A DNA stretch of 64,000 nt from Verrucomicrobiota bacterium. Lineage in GTDB: Bacteria; Verrucomicrobiota; Verrucomicrobiia; Chthoniobacterales; JAFAMB01. Positions 36,117 through 44,554 of this stretch are shown piece after piece (position 1 is the stretch's first letter; each line of letters begins with the position of its first letter). The stretch lies in assembly GCA_019236675.1 (NCBI GenBank), contig JAFAIO010000144.1:34-64033 (forward strand), given 5' to 3'. Under the pieces are notes generated by a model that saw only the letters and a program-made list of their open reading frames with translations, did no database searches and had not been told where the DNA came from. A program made the translations under genes and the position numbers.

Positions 36117-38912
36117 CTATTTCAGCGGCGCTTCGACCGCTTTTTGTGCGTTGATGAATCCGTATCCATCTAGCGGAGTCCAACCCGACCCGATTTGGTT
36201 GGTGAAAGTGCCGGAAAAGGAGGTGCCGTCATCGAATACGCCAAAAAATGTCGCGCCGGGGCCAACCAACGTGCCACTCGGGATCAAGATTCCTTGCCCG
36301 AATAGATCAGCGGCGCCGCCTCCTGAACTATCGCCGCCACCGGTTCCCGTTTGCGACGCAAAATAGGAAGAGTGTTGTTCCAGGTGTCCTATACCAAAGC
36401 GAAGAGTCGCTTTCTGGTTCAATTTGCCCGGTGCAAACGCGAGATTGAGTTGATAGAATTCACCGGTAATTGAGGGTGCAGGCGCCTGCTCACCATAGCT
36501 GGCTTTTACATCCGAAGTGCTAATTCCCTGCGATGTGCTGGAAATCGTGAAGGGATAACCTCCTAACGTTGTCGGAGCCGTGAAAACCTCGCCTGGGTAG
36601 CCTTGATAGATGTTGCCTCCCGTCGGGTCGGCCCCCTGGAGATTGATTGATAGGGAAGAGATCGATCCGCGTCCGGACATTCGGACGGTGAATTGGTTTG
36701 GATTGATCTCGCCAATATCCGAGTAATCGGCTGCGGCTTGAATCGTCACCGTCCTCCCGCCAGCTGCCGCCCGACCGAAAGCATAGTAAGGGGTCAGGGA
36801 ATGCGGAAAGGTGCTCCGTTCTAACACGCTGGTCATTTGCTCCGGGGTAACAGATCCGGATCCACCATGCGCCTGCAATACCAGCGCAGCTATGGCCGCG
36901 GCATGGGGCGTTGCCGCGCTGGTACCGAAGAAGTTCGGGAAACTGCTGGCGTCCTGCGTTGTTGTGCTACCGAAAAACGTGGTATACGCGCCGTCCATGC
37001 CGGCAAAGTTTGGTCGCATACGGACTTCTGGCTTGCTCAACCGATTATTGTCTGTATCGAAGTAGATCGTGGTCGGGCCAGGCGACGTGTATGGTTCCGG
37101 AGCAAAAGGACGAAAAGCGCTGTAGGCCGCGACTCCATTTGCGCCGGCTGCACAGTTATGACCGAAACTGGCAGGACTCAGGTAGGAACCATAATTAAGG
37201 ACCTCAAACCCGAGTGCCAGATACCGTATGCGGTCTGCGGGGTGGGCTACCGTCGGAATGGTCGAGCGGGCAATGACCAGCTGAAAATTAAACGGATATT
37301 CGAACGCTTGAAGCAGAATTGGTTGTTTGGTGGCAAAAGCGTCCTCGGAGATTGCGGTCAAGAACGTTCCGTTTACGTCAAAAAGAAGCAGGTTGAAGTT
37401 GCTTGTGATCTCCGGTGCTGGACTAACGTTTACCTGGTTGATTTTGACGTAGAACGCACCGACCAACTGCGTGTCAGCAGTCACCACCACGGAATATTTG
37501 CCCGCCGCCGGTAAGGCCACTTCCGTCGGCGTTTGATTACTGTAAGCTGACACCAAGACAGTACCCTGAGGATCGAGTATCGCGACTACGACGTCAGTCC
37601 CACCCGATACCGTCGGCCCAGCCTCGAGCCTTACTAAGGTATTGGCGGACGCCATCTCCAGGTTAAAGGTGACGCTCGAGGACGCTGACGTCAATTCTCC
37701 CGTTTTGTTTAGCAGGAGTTTGCCAATCGACTGTTTGGTGTAGGCGTACGGATCGTTCCATTGAAAATCGATTGCGTTTGCTCCAAACACGTCGCCCGGA
37801 GCACATTGTTGGGCGATATCCTGGCCTCCATCCGTGCGAAAATTATGAAATCCGCCAGCGTATAGGCTGGGGTCGACCCCGTTTAGATTAATGTTAGTTC
37901 CCTTTAGCGCCGCCTGCGGATTTGCCGGATCGAAGCGCACCAGCTTGAACTCTGCGTCATAGGCCTGTACCCCGGGAACATTACCTGCCGCAGAAAAATA
38001 GGCGACTCCTTTTGAAGCGACGTAATCGACGGCTTGGCCTATGGGTCCGTCTTGGAACATCGGTTCTGCATAGTAGTAGACGTCGTCACAAATTACGTCG
38101 GCTCCAAACACATCCTTAAGTGCCCTGATGTTGTTTGCAAAATCGATGTACCCGTTAAACGCAGTGGCGAATCCCAGTTGAGCCTTTGGCGTCAGGTCTT
38201 CAACGATTTGGAGCATGGCTCGGCCTTCATCGGCTCCCTGCGAGTAATCTTCGATGACGACGACCGGAGTCGTGTTACCAAATGGATTACCAGGACCCGG
38301 CAGGTCGCCGGTTTGAATATCCGCCGTGGCGTCCGGTTGTGAACCGGATAAACCATAGGCATCGAAACTGTCCGATAACGCTCCTACCTTTGTACCGGTC
38401 CCATCGTATTTACCAGCTATTTCATTCACTCGGTGCTGAACGAAGCCTTGAGTCGTTACTGCCCCAATATTCGCCACTGGCTTCCAAACCAGGGAGACAG
38501 AGGTAACCCCCGGTATCTGGGCGATTTGCGCAGCGGTGTTTGGGGTAACGTACGCTTCGATCGTACCCGCTTGGAAAGCGCGATCTTCGGCAATAATCGT
38601 AGCGTCAGATTGAGACGCCACCGCTCCTCGAACCTCAGCAATTGTCTTTGTCCCGTCTAAATGAATATCTACCATTATCCGTCCCTGAGTATCCTTCAGG
38701 GCTCGCTTTAAAATCCTCTGTCCTTGAGTCGGCGTTCTAATTAGGCTCCGCTGGAAAGCAGGCGATACCTGACTGTCTTTGACCACATCGTACAAGCCGC
38801 AGCCCAGGTTATTGGGAATCGAATCGCCATGCGCACTCGCATAGGAGAACAGCGCAAGAACTAACACTGATGAATACGTGAGACCGTGTCGCCGAGCAGT
38901 CACTGTAAACAT
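36117..38912 (-). CDS. Secreted S8-like subtilase homolog lacking the canonical His (paralog A).
   Basis: It has the Asp motif KVGALSDSFD, the AAGN oxyanion motif (YFSAAGN) and the Ser motif GTSAATPHAAAIAAL. There is no His between the Asp and AAGN motifs. The start is placed at the ATG at 38912 (signal peptide MFTVTARRHGLTY...), with an alternative ATG at 38972. Confidence 0.8.
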   Translation of the reverse strand: MFTVTARRHGLTYSSVLVLALFSYASAHGDSIPNNLGCGLYDVVKDSQVSPAFQRSLIRTPTQGQRILKRALKDTQGRIMVDIHLDGTKTIAEVRGAVASQSDATIIAEDRAFQAGTIEAYVTPNTAAQIAQIPGVTSVSLVWKPVANIGAVTTQGFVQHRVNEIAGKYDGTGTKVGALSDSFDAYGLSGSQPDATADIQTGDLPGPGNPFGNTTPVVVIEDYSQGADEGRAMLQIVEDLTPKAQLGFATAFNGYIDFANNIRALKDVFGADVICDDVYYYAEPMFQDGPIGQAVDYVASKGVAYFSAAGNVPGVQAYDAEFKLVRFDPANPQAALKGTNINLNGVDPSLYAGGFHNFRTDGGQDIAQQCAPGDVFGANAIDFQWNDPYAYTKQSIGKLLLNKTGELTSASSSVTFNLEMASANTLVRLEAGPTVSGGTDVVVAILDPQGTVLVSAYSNQTPTEVALPAAGKYSVVVTADTQLVGAFYVKINQVNVSPAPEITSNFNLLLFDVNGTFLTAISEDAFATKQPILLQAFEYPFNFQLVIARSTIPTVAHPADRIRYLALGFEVLNYGSYLSPASFGHNCAAGANGVAAYSAFRPFAPEPYTSPGPTTIYFDTDNNRLSKPEVRMRPNFAGMDGAYTTFFGSTTTQDASSFPNFFGTSAATPHAAAIAALVLQAHGGSGSVTPEQMTSVLERSTFPHSLTPYYAFGRAAAGGRTVTIQAAADYSDIGEINPNQFTVRMSGRGSISSLSINLQGADPTGGNIYQGYPGEVFTAPTTLGGYPFTISSTSQGISTSDVKASYGEQAPAPSITGEFYQLNLAFAPGKLNQKATLRFGIGHLEQHSSYFASQTGTGGGDSSGGGAADLFGQGILIPSGTLVGPGATFFGVFDDGTSFSGTFTNQIGSGWTPLDGYGFINAQKAVEAPLK

Positions 38913-38981
38913 TGCTTTTACCTTTCGATACAGAACTTGTGTCATCTGCGGTTTGTTTTGGGCTTGATACATGGCCGTTCC

Positions 38982-41828
38982 CTATTTGCTGAGCGGTAAG
39001 CCCACGGCTTCCTGCGCGTTGATGAAGCCGTAGCCATCGAGCGGCGTCCAACCGGCGCCAATTGCGTCTGTAAATACGCCGCTGAACTGGGTTCCGTCCT
39101 CTAGTGTCCCGCTAAATGTCGCGCCCGGTCCAATGATTTGGCCACCCGGCAATGAAACCCCTTCGCCCATTAGATTCGCCGTGCCTCCGCCAGAGCTGTC
39201 GCCGCCGCCAGTTCCAGTCGCGGAAGCGTAGTACGACGAATGCTGCTCATGCCGGGCCACGCCAAACTGCAGGACAGCGCCGTTGCCCAGTTTACCTCGG
39301 GCAACCTTTAGGTTCAGTTGATAGTACTCATGTGGTACCGAAGGAGGCCCCGCCTGTCCCGAAAACGACGCCGTTACATCCGAAGCGCCGATACCAACTG
39401 AGTCCGGTGAAACTGTGAACGGGTAACCAAGATAGTTATTGCTATAACTCGCCTGCTCCGGGAAGAAGATTTCGCCAGGGTAACGGTTATAGATATTGCC
39501 GCCGGTCGGATTAGCGCCTGTGAGGTTGATGGTGAGACTGGAGATTGCGCCCGTACCGGACAATTGAACTGTAAATTGGTCCGGATTGAATTGCGCAAAA
39601 TAAGAATTGTCCGACTTCACCTGAACTAAGACCTTGCTTCCACCGGCAACCGCCGTACCGGAGGCGTAGTAGGGAGTTAGAGAATGCGGGAACGTGCTTC
39701 GCTGCAAAACGTCGCGCATCTGATCCGGGGTTACAGAACCCGAGCCGCCGTGTGCTTGGATGACCAGACCGGCAATGGCCGCTGCGTGAGGAGCGGCAGC
39801 GCTCGTGCCGAAAAAGTTAGGAAAGGCACTAGCGTCTTGAGTGGTCGTGCCACCGAAGAAAGTGGTGAATGCGCCGTCCATGCCGGCGAAGTTCGGTCTT
39901 TGTCTCACCTGCGGACTCGCTAGTTTGTGCCCGTTAACATCAAAATAGATTGTAGCAGGACCAGGTGAACAATACGCCTCGGGAATGAAAGGTCGGAAGG
40001 CGCTATACGCCGCAATGCCGTTGGCGCCTTGAGCCACGCAATGGCCGTAAGTCGTCGGTGTTAAGTACGAATTGTAATTAAGCGAATAACTACTGTAGAG
40101 AAATCGGTATCGTATTTGATCAGCAGGGTGAGCCGCTTTTGGTATATTTGACCGGGCGATAACCAATTGCCCTATCCCCATATCAGGCGTTGATCCCAGT
40201 AAAATTGGCTGTTTCGTTGCTAACGCGTCCCCGGACACTGCGCCCTGGTAGGTTCCATACGGGTCGAAAAATAGGATGTTAAAGTTACTGGTTATCTGTG
40301 GCGCTGGAGTGACGAGCTCTTCATTAACCTTGACGTAGAAATTGCCAAAATTGTTTTGGAACGCGGTTACAACAATCGTGTACTTACCGCCTAGTTGCAG
40401 CGGCAAAACCGTCGGAAACAATTCAAACGGGTTCGCTATCGCGCTAAATATTTCGTTCCCATCCGGATCTATCAGACTTAGCTGTACGGCGAAGGGAATG
40501 GGCGGTGGGACGTTGGTTTCTCCGGCGTCTATTCTAACCAAAGTGTTAGCCGGGACCGTGAAGGAGTAGACCAGACGGGAGGTCGGATTGGTTATGTCCC
40601 CTGTCACATCCAACACGGTCCTTCCTAGGGAGTCGGTAACGAATGCATACGGGTCATTCCACTGCAGAACAATCGCGTCGGTGCTCACTTCGCATTTCTG
40701 AGCGATGTCTTGGCCGCCATCAGTGCGGAAATTGTGAAAACCGCCCGCGTAAAGACTCGGATCCACTCCGGTCAGGTTTATATTCGTTCCCTTTAGCGCC
40801 GCTTGCGGGTTGGCCGGATCAAACGGCACAGGTCTAAAAGTGGAAACATAACTTTGGATCGCTGGTGCGTTTCCTGCCGCGGAGAAGTAGGAAACTCCCT
40901 TAGAGGCTACATAATCGACCGCTTGCGCCAGGATACCATCCTGAAACATCGGTTCATCGAAATAGATGATATCGTCGCAGATTACATCCGCTCCGAAAGT
41001 ATCCTTCAGCGCTCGGATATTGTTAGCAAAATCCACTTCACCAACGATTCCTGTGGCAAAACCAAGTTGGGCATTGGGCGCCAGGTCCTCGACAATCTGT
41101 AACATCGCCCGTCCTTCGTCCGTAAAAGTTCCGGCGTCACCGTTGTACAAAGAATCTTCCAAGACGGTGACAGGAGTTATATTGCCGTACGGATTACCGG
41201 GTCCCGGGAGATCGCCTGTGGCGATATCTGCGGCTGCGTCCGGCAAAACACCATTGGCTCCAAATGAGTCGTAACTGTCCGAGAGAGCAGCTATCTTGAT
41301 CCCGGTGCCGTCATATTTGCCGGCAATCTGATCGACTCGATGTTGAACGAATCCCTGGGTCGTCACCGCACCGATTTGGGTCTGCGGTTTCCATACCAGA
41401 GATATAGAAGCAATTCCCGGCTGGGTCGCCAGCCGGACTGCTGCAGAAGGGGTGACATAAGCCTCGATTGTGCCGGCCTGGAAGGACCGATCGACGGCGA
41501 CGACTGCCGCCTCCGGTTCGGCGGCCACCAACTTGTGGATGGTCCCGATCGATTTACTCCCGTCCAAGTGAATATCCACCATGATCCGGCCCTGTTTATC
41601 CTTGACCGCAAACTTGAGAACTCTTTGGCCTGGTGTCGGTTTCCTGATCAGACTGTGCTGAGATGAAGCCGGCGACTGGCTATCTACGATGACGTCATAT
41701 AAACCGTTAGCGAGATTCCTGGGGACCGGGTCAGCACTCAGGATTCCAAACGAAATCCCGGCCAGCATCAGAACGAGTAAGGCTGCCGGCGCGGCACAGC
41801 GCCTCACTTCAAGGGTCAAAGTTTGCAT
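38982..41828 (-). CDS. Secreted S8-like subtilase homolog lacking the canonical His (paralog B).
   Basis: It is collinear with paralog A: IAALSDSYD, DEGRAMLQIVEDLAP, YFSAAGN and GTSAAAPHAAAIAGL. It has a signal peptide. Its stop is 9 nt before the alternative start of paralog A. Confidence 0.8.
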   Translation of the reverse strand: MQTLTLEVRRCAAPAALLVLMLAGISFGILSADPVPRNLANGLYDVIVDSQSPASSQHSLIRKPTPGQRVLKFAVKDKQGRIMVDIHLDGSKSIGTIHKLVAAEPEAAVVAVDRSFQAGTIEAYVTPSAAVRLATQPGIASISLVWKPQTQIGAVTTQGFVQHRVDQIAGKYDGTGIKIAALSDSYDSFGANGVLPDAAADIATGDLPGPGNPYGNITPVTVLEDSLYNGDAGTFTDEGRAMLQIVEDLAPNAQLGFATGIVGEVDFANNIRALKDTFGADVICDDIIYFDEPMFQDGILAQAVDYVASKGVSYFSAAGNAPAIQSYVSTFRPVPFDPANPQAALKGTNINLTGVDPSLYAGGFHNFRTDGGQDIAQKCEVSTDAIVLQWNDPYAFVTDSLGRTVLDVTGDITNPTSRLVYSFTVPANTLVRIDAGETNVPPPIPFAVQLSLIDPDGNEIFSAIANPFELFPTVLPLQLGGKYTIVVTAFQNNFGNFYVKVNEELVTPAPQITSNFNILFFDPYGTYQGAVSGDALATKQPILLGSTPDMGIGQLVIARSNIPKAAHPADQIRYRFLYSSYSLNYNSYLTPTTYGHCVAQGANGIAAYSAFRPFIPEAYCSPGPATIYFDVNGHKLASPQVRQRPNFAGMDGAFTTFFGGTTTQDASAFPNFFGTSAAAPHAAAIAGLVIQAHGGSGSVTPDQMRDVLQRSTFPHSLTPYYASGTAVAGGSKVLVQVKSDNSYFAQFNPDQFTVQLSGTGAISSLTINLTGANPTGGNIYNRYPGEIFFPEQASYSNNYLGYPFTVSPDSVGIGASDVTASFSGQAGPPSVPHEYYQLNLKVARGKLGNGAVLQFGVARHEQHSSYYASATGTGGGDSSGGGTANLMGEGVSLPGGQIIGPGATFSGTLEDGTQFSGVFTDAIGAGWTPLDGYGFINAQEAVGLPLSK

Positions 41829-42134
41829 TTTGGGTTTGCGGCGAAAAAGGGGTTTTCACTTTCGTGGATCAAACCTGAGGTCGCCCCGCCGGTGTGCATC
41901 AGCCTCTCAAGGTGCGCATCCCTCCGCCAGACGAGGTTCACGGTTCCAGAAAAGGAAATGCGAATCCCGACGATTTTCGGGGCCAAAGAATTTTACGGAA
42001 GCGAAAATTTCCAGCCGTCGGATGCGTTACAAGCCGAACCTCGCGGATCCCGCAGCAGCACTTACGGCAAAAAAGAGCCTTGCCTTTCTATACAGATCTT
42101 CGCCATTAAGCGAACTCCTTGAACCCCTCCTTCC

Positions 42135-42686
42135 ATGCACTGGCTAAATGAACCGCCGGTTTGGCAAACGGAAAATGACCGGCTTCGCGTCGTTACCGGT
42201 CCAAACACCGACTTCTGGCGAGTCACCCACTACGGTTTCATCCGCGATAACGGCCATTTCTATTACGAAGAAAAGACCGGTGATTTTACCATCGAGGCAA
42301 AAATCGAGGCGAAATACGAGGCTTTATACGATCAGGCCGGGGTCATGATCAGATTGAACGCGGCGAATTGGATTAAAGCGGGAGTCGAGTACACCGACGG
42401 CTCCCCTCATTTCTCAGCGGTGGTGACGCGCGACTTTTCCGATTGGTCCGTGCTGCCGGCGCCCTCGGCCGGGGCGGTCTGGTTTCGGCTCACCAAGCTT
42501 AGCAGCGCGATTCGGATACAGTACTCCATCGATGGAGTGTCATTTCGCATGCTGCGGCTCGCCTATTTCCCTGACGCCGGTTCGACTCAAGTTGGTCTAA
42601 TGTGCTGTTCGCCGGAACGGGAGGGATTCGAAGCGGAGTTCACCTACTCCATCGGCGAGCCCATTGTGACCGCGCTCCACGCATAG
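42135..42686 (+). CDS. DUF1349-family (concanavalin-like fold) protein.
   Basis: The segments WLNEPPVW, TDFWRVTHYGFIRDNGHFYY and YDQAGVMIRL match my recollection of DUF1349. Confidence 0.65.
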   Translation: MHWLNEPPVWQTENDRLRVVTGPNTDFWRVTHYGFIRDNGHFYYEEKTGDFTIEAKIEAKYEALYDQAGVMIRLNAANWIKAGVEYTDGSPHFSAVVTRDFSDWSVLPAPSAGAVWFRLTKLSSAIRIQYSIDGVSFRMLRLAYFPDAGSTQVGLMCCSPEREGFEAEFTYSIGEPIVTALHA

Positions 42687-42845
42687 ACACTCCTTCACCA
42701 CAGAAGAATTTTTTACAGAAGGTAACGAAGGGATGGTTTGACGAGTGCGGTGAGGCCAGCGCCAGGGGAACATTTCACCTGCAAAAAGACGTTCCGTAGA
42801 AACAACGTCTATATTGCCGTCCAGCGAAAGAGCCCAAGCAGCTCC

Positions 42846-42874
42846 GTAGGAGCGACATCTTTATAGCGCGGGGC
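42846..42874. repeat. Solo copy of the arm of repeat family C (see 57280-57516).
   Basis: GTAGGAGCGACATCTTTATAGCGCGGGGC versus GTAGCGGCGACATATTTGTAGCCCAGGGC. Confidence 0.5.
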
Positions 42875-42913
42875 TACGATTAACAACCTGCTTTGCCGCG
42901 TCCCTCACAGATT

Positions 42914-43102
42914 TCAAACGTTATCGTGTATAGTCTCCAAAATGGCGGGATTATTCCCGACAAATAGCAAAATTTTTTCCTGATCAGATGTCGGAATAAA
43001 TCTTCTCCTCATCCAGTAAGCATAGGTACGCCGAGACACACTGATGGCTGGCCTCCAAACTGTCGGAATAGCATCGGCGTTATCCAAAAGACTAACTGAC
43101 AT
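42914..43102 (-). CDS. Possible small HTH protein (excisionase/MerR-like HTH_17); uncertain.
   Basis: AISVSRRTYAYWMRRRFIP resembles the LGVSRRTLYRWIRRGxxP helix-turn-helix pattern. Its ATG abuts the divergent ATG at 43103. Confidence 0.3.
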   Translation of the reverse strand: MSVSLLDNADAIPTVWRPAISVSRRTYAYWMRRRFIPTSDQEKILLFVGNNPAILETIHDNV

Positions 43103-44338
43103 ATGAAAGAAGAGAATTTATCCGGCCATAACCCCACGCCTATAAAACCAGCCTCCAACTACCTTGAAATCAAAGATTCAAATGCGGCGAGCCCCGTGCG
43201 TCGACGCTCTTTTATCAAGGGCCTCGGCATTGTTGGCGCCACCCTGCTACCAGGCAGCGCTCTGCTTAAAGCGCAGGCAATAAACTCATCCAACAAACTT
43301 AGCCAAGGTGATGCTGACCTGCTTCGGTTCGCAGCCTGGGTCGAACTAGTAGAGAGCGACCTCTGGACCCAATACAATGAACTCGGCGGAGCGACCGCGC
43401 CCAACGACGGTCCGCCTAACGTAGGAAATCCTCCTTACAAAGCGGCGTTGCAAAATCTCGACGGAGACATGCCGCAGTACATCACCGACAATAATGATGA
43501 TGAATTAAGTCACGCTGCCTTCCTAAATGCCTATTTACAGGCTCACGGCGAAAAAGCGATTGATCTTAAACAGTTTCATAAGCTGCCAGGAAGTACGGCA
43601 ACGGGTGTTGACAAAACAAAAGTCGGTAAACGCCTAACAAATCTCCTAAGCTTAAACGTCGACCTTGGTTGGTATACCCGATACCGGAGCGGACAAAATC
43701 CGGACTTAGGAGCCGTCCTCAACGGGCCGTTTAAAATTTTGAACCAACCTGCGATCCCATTGAGTGATACCGATACGCCTCCTACCGTCGTCGTGCCCAC
43801 ACCACCGATCCCAGCAGGCTCTCCGGCCCTGCGCATTCAAGCCATCGCCAACACCGCTGGATTTCACTTCGCGTTCATTGAGCAAGGAGGTACCAGCCTT
43901 TATCCAACCCTCGCCTTAAAAGCCTCCAGCGAGGAAGTCCTGCGAATCTTGTTGAGCATCGGCGGCGTGGAGATTGATCACTTCTCACTCTGGCACGACA
44001 AAGCCGGTAACGCCGTGTCGCAACCATTGGCAGGAGTGACCGACCCTGAGACTAATTTAAATTTTCCGGATCTAAATGACCCCGCTACGTTAGCTCGGCT
44101 GCATTTGCAGCTGGAGCTCACGCAAACTAACAAGATTCAGCCCGAGCCTTGCGCCTTCATTGAAGCGACAGGCTTGCCTGCCTGCTCGGTGATACGCCCC
44201 ACTTCCACCCAGCTCGGAGGCGCCGTGGCTACAGTGAACTCCTTCATGGCCGACGGCCTTTTCGACGGCCAAAAAGACGCTTTCTTCGATCAGGCCATGC
44301 AGTTGGCGACCGCCGCAGACAACGTTCAGCGCCGCTAA
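43103..44338 (+). CDS. Tat-exported ferritin-like domain protein.
   Basis: It has a twin-arginine motif (RRRSFIKGLGIVGATLL) and a ferritin-like helix (DADLLRFAAWVELVESDLWTQY). An alternative in-frame GTG start at 43196 would give MRRRSF.... Confidence 0.6.
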   Translation: MKEENLSGHNPTPIKPASNYLEIKDSNAASPVRRRSFIKGLGIVGATLLPGSALLKAQAINSSNKLSQGDADLLRFAAWVELVESDLWTQYNELGGATAPNDGPPNVGNPPYKAALQNLDGDMPQYITDNNDDELSHAAFLNAYLQAHGEKAIDLKQFHKLPGSTATGVDKTKVGKRLTNLLSLNVDLGWYTRYRSGQNPDLGAVLNGPFKILNQPAIPLSDTDTPPTVVVPTPPIPAGSPALRIQAIANTAGFHFAFIEQGGTSLYPTLALKASSEEVLRILLSIGGVEIDHFSLWHDKAGNAVSQPLAGVTDPETNLNFPDLNDPATLARLHLQLELTQTNKIQPEPCAFIEATGLPACSVIRPTSTQLGGAVATVNSFMADGLFDGQKDAFFDQAMQLATAADNVQRR

Positions 44339-44441
44339 GAAACTACCCTACTTACGAGTGCGAACGCCAGAAACGAGACTGAGAAAGTTTCGGAACTGGC
44401 GCCAGCTCTCCAAGGGAACAGAAAACTTTCCCCGTTAGAGT

Positions 44442-44476
44442 GGGACAACCGCGTGTCGTCTTCGCGCGGTTGTCCC
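44442..44476. terminator. GC-rich hairpin between convergent genes.
   Basis: The stem is GGGACAACCGCG (44442-44453) paired with CGCGGTTGTCCC (44465-44476), with an 11-nt loop. Confidence 0.45.
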
Positions 44477-44554
44477 CAATGGACGTGTACACAGCAAACT
44501 ACCAGTTTACCGGGCCGCTTCGCAACAGCCGTGTCACTTTTGAAACCGGCAGAG

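Noticed and set aside
36837-37514. The 225-aa plus-strand ORF antisense to S8-like paralog A.
   Set aside because: It is an Arg-rich antisense frame with no motifs, and the opposite strand is a conserved paralog pair.
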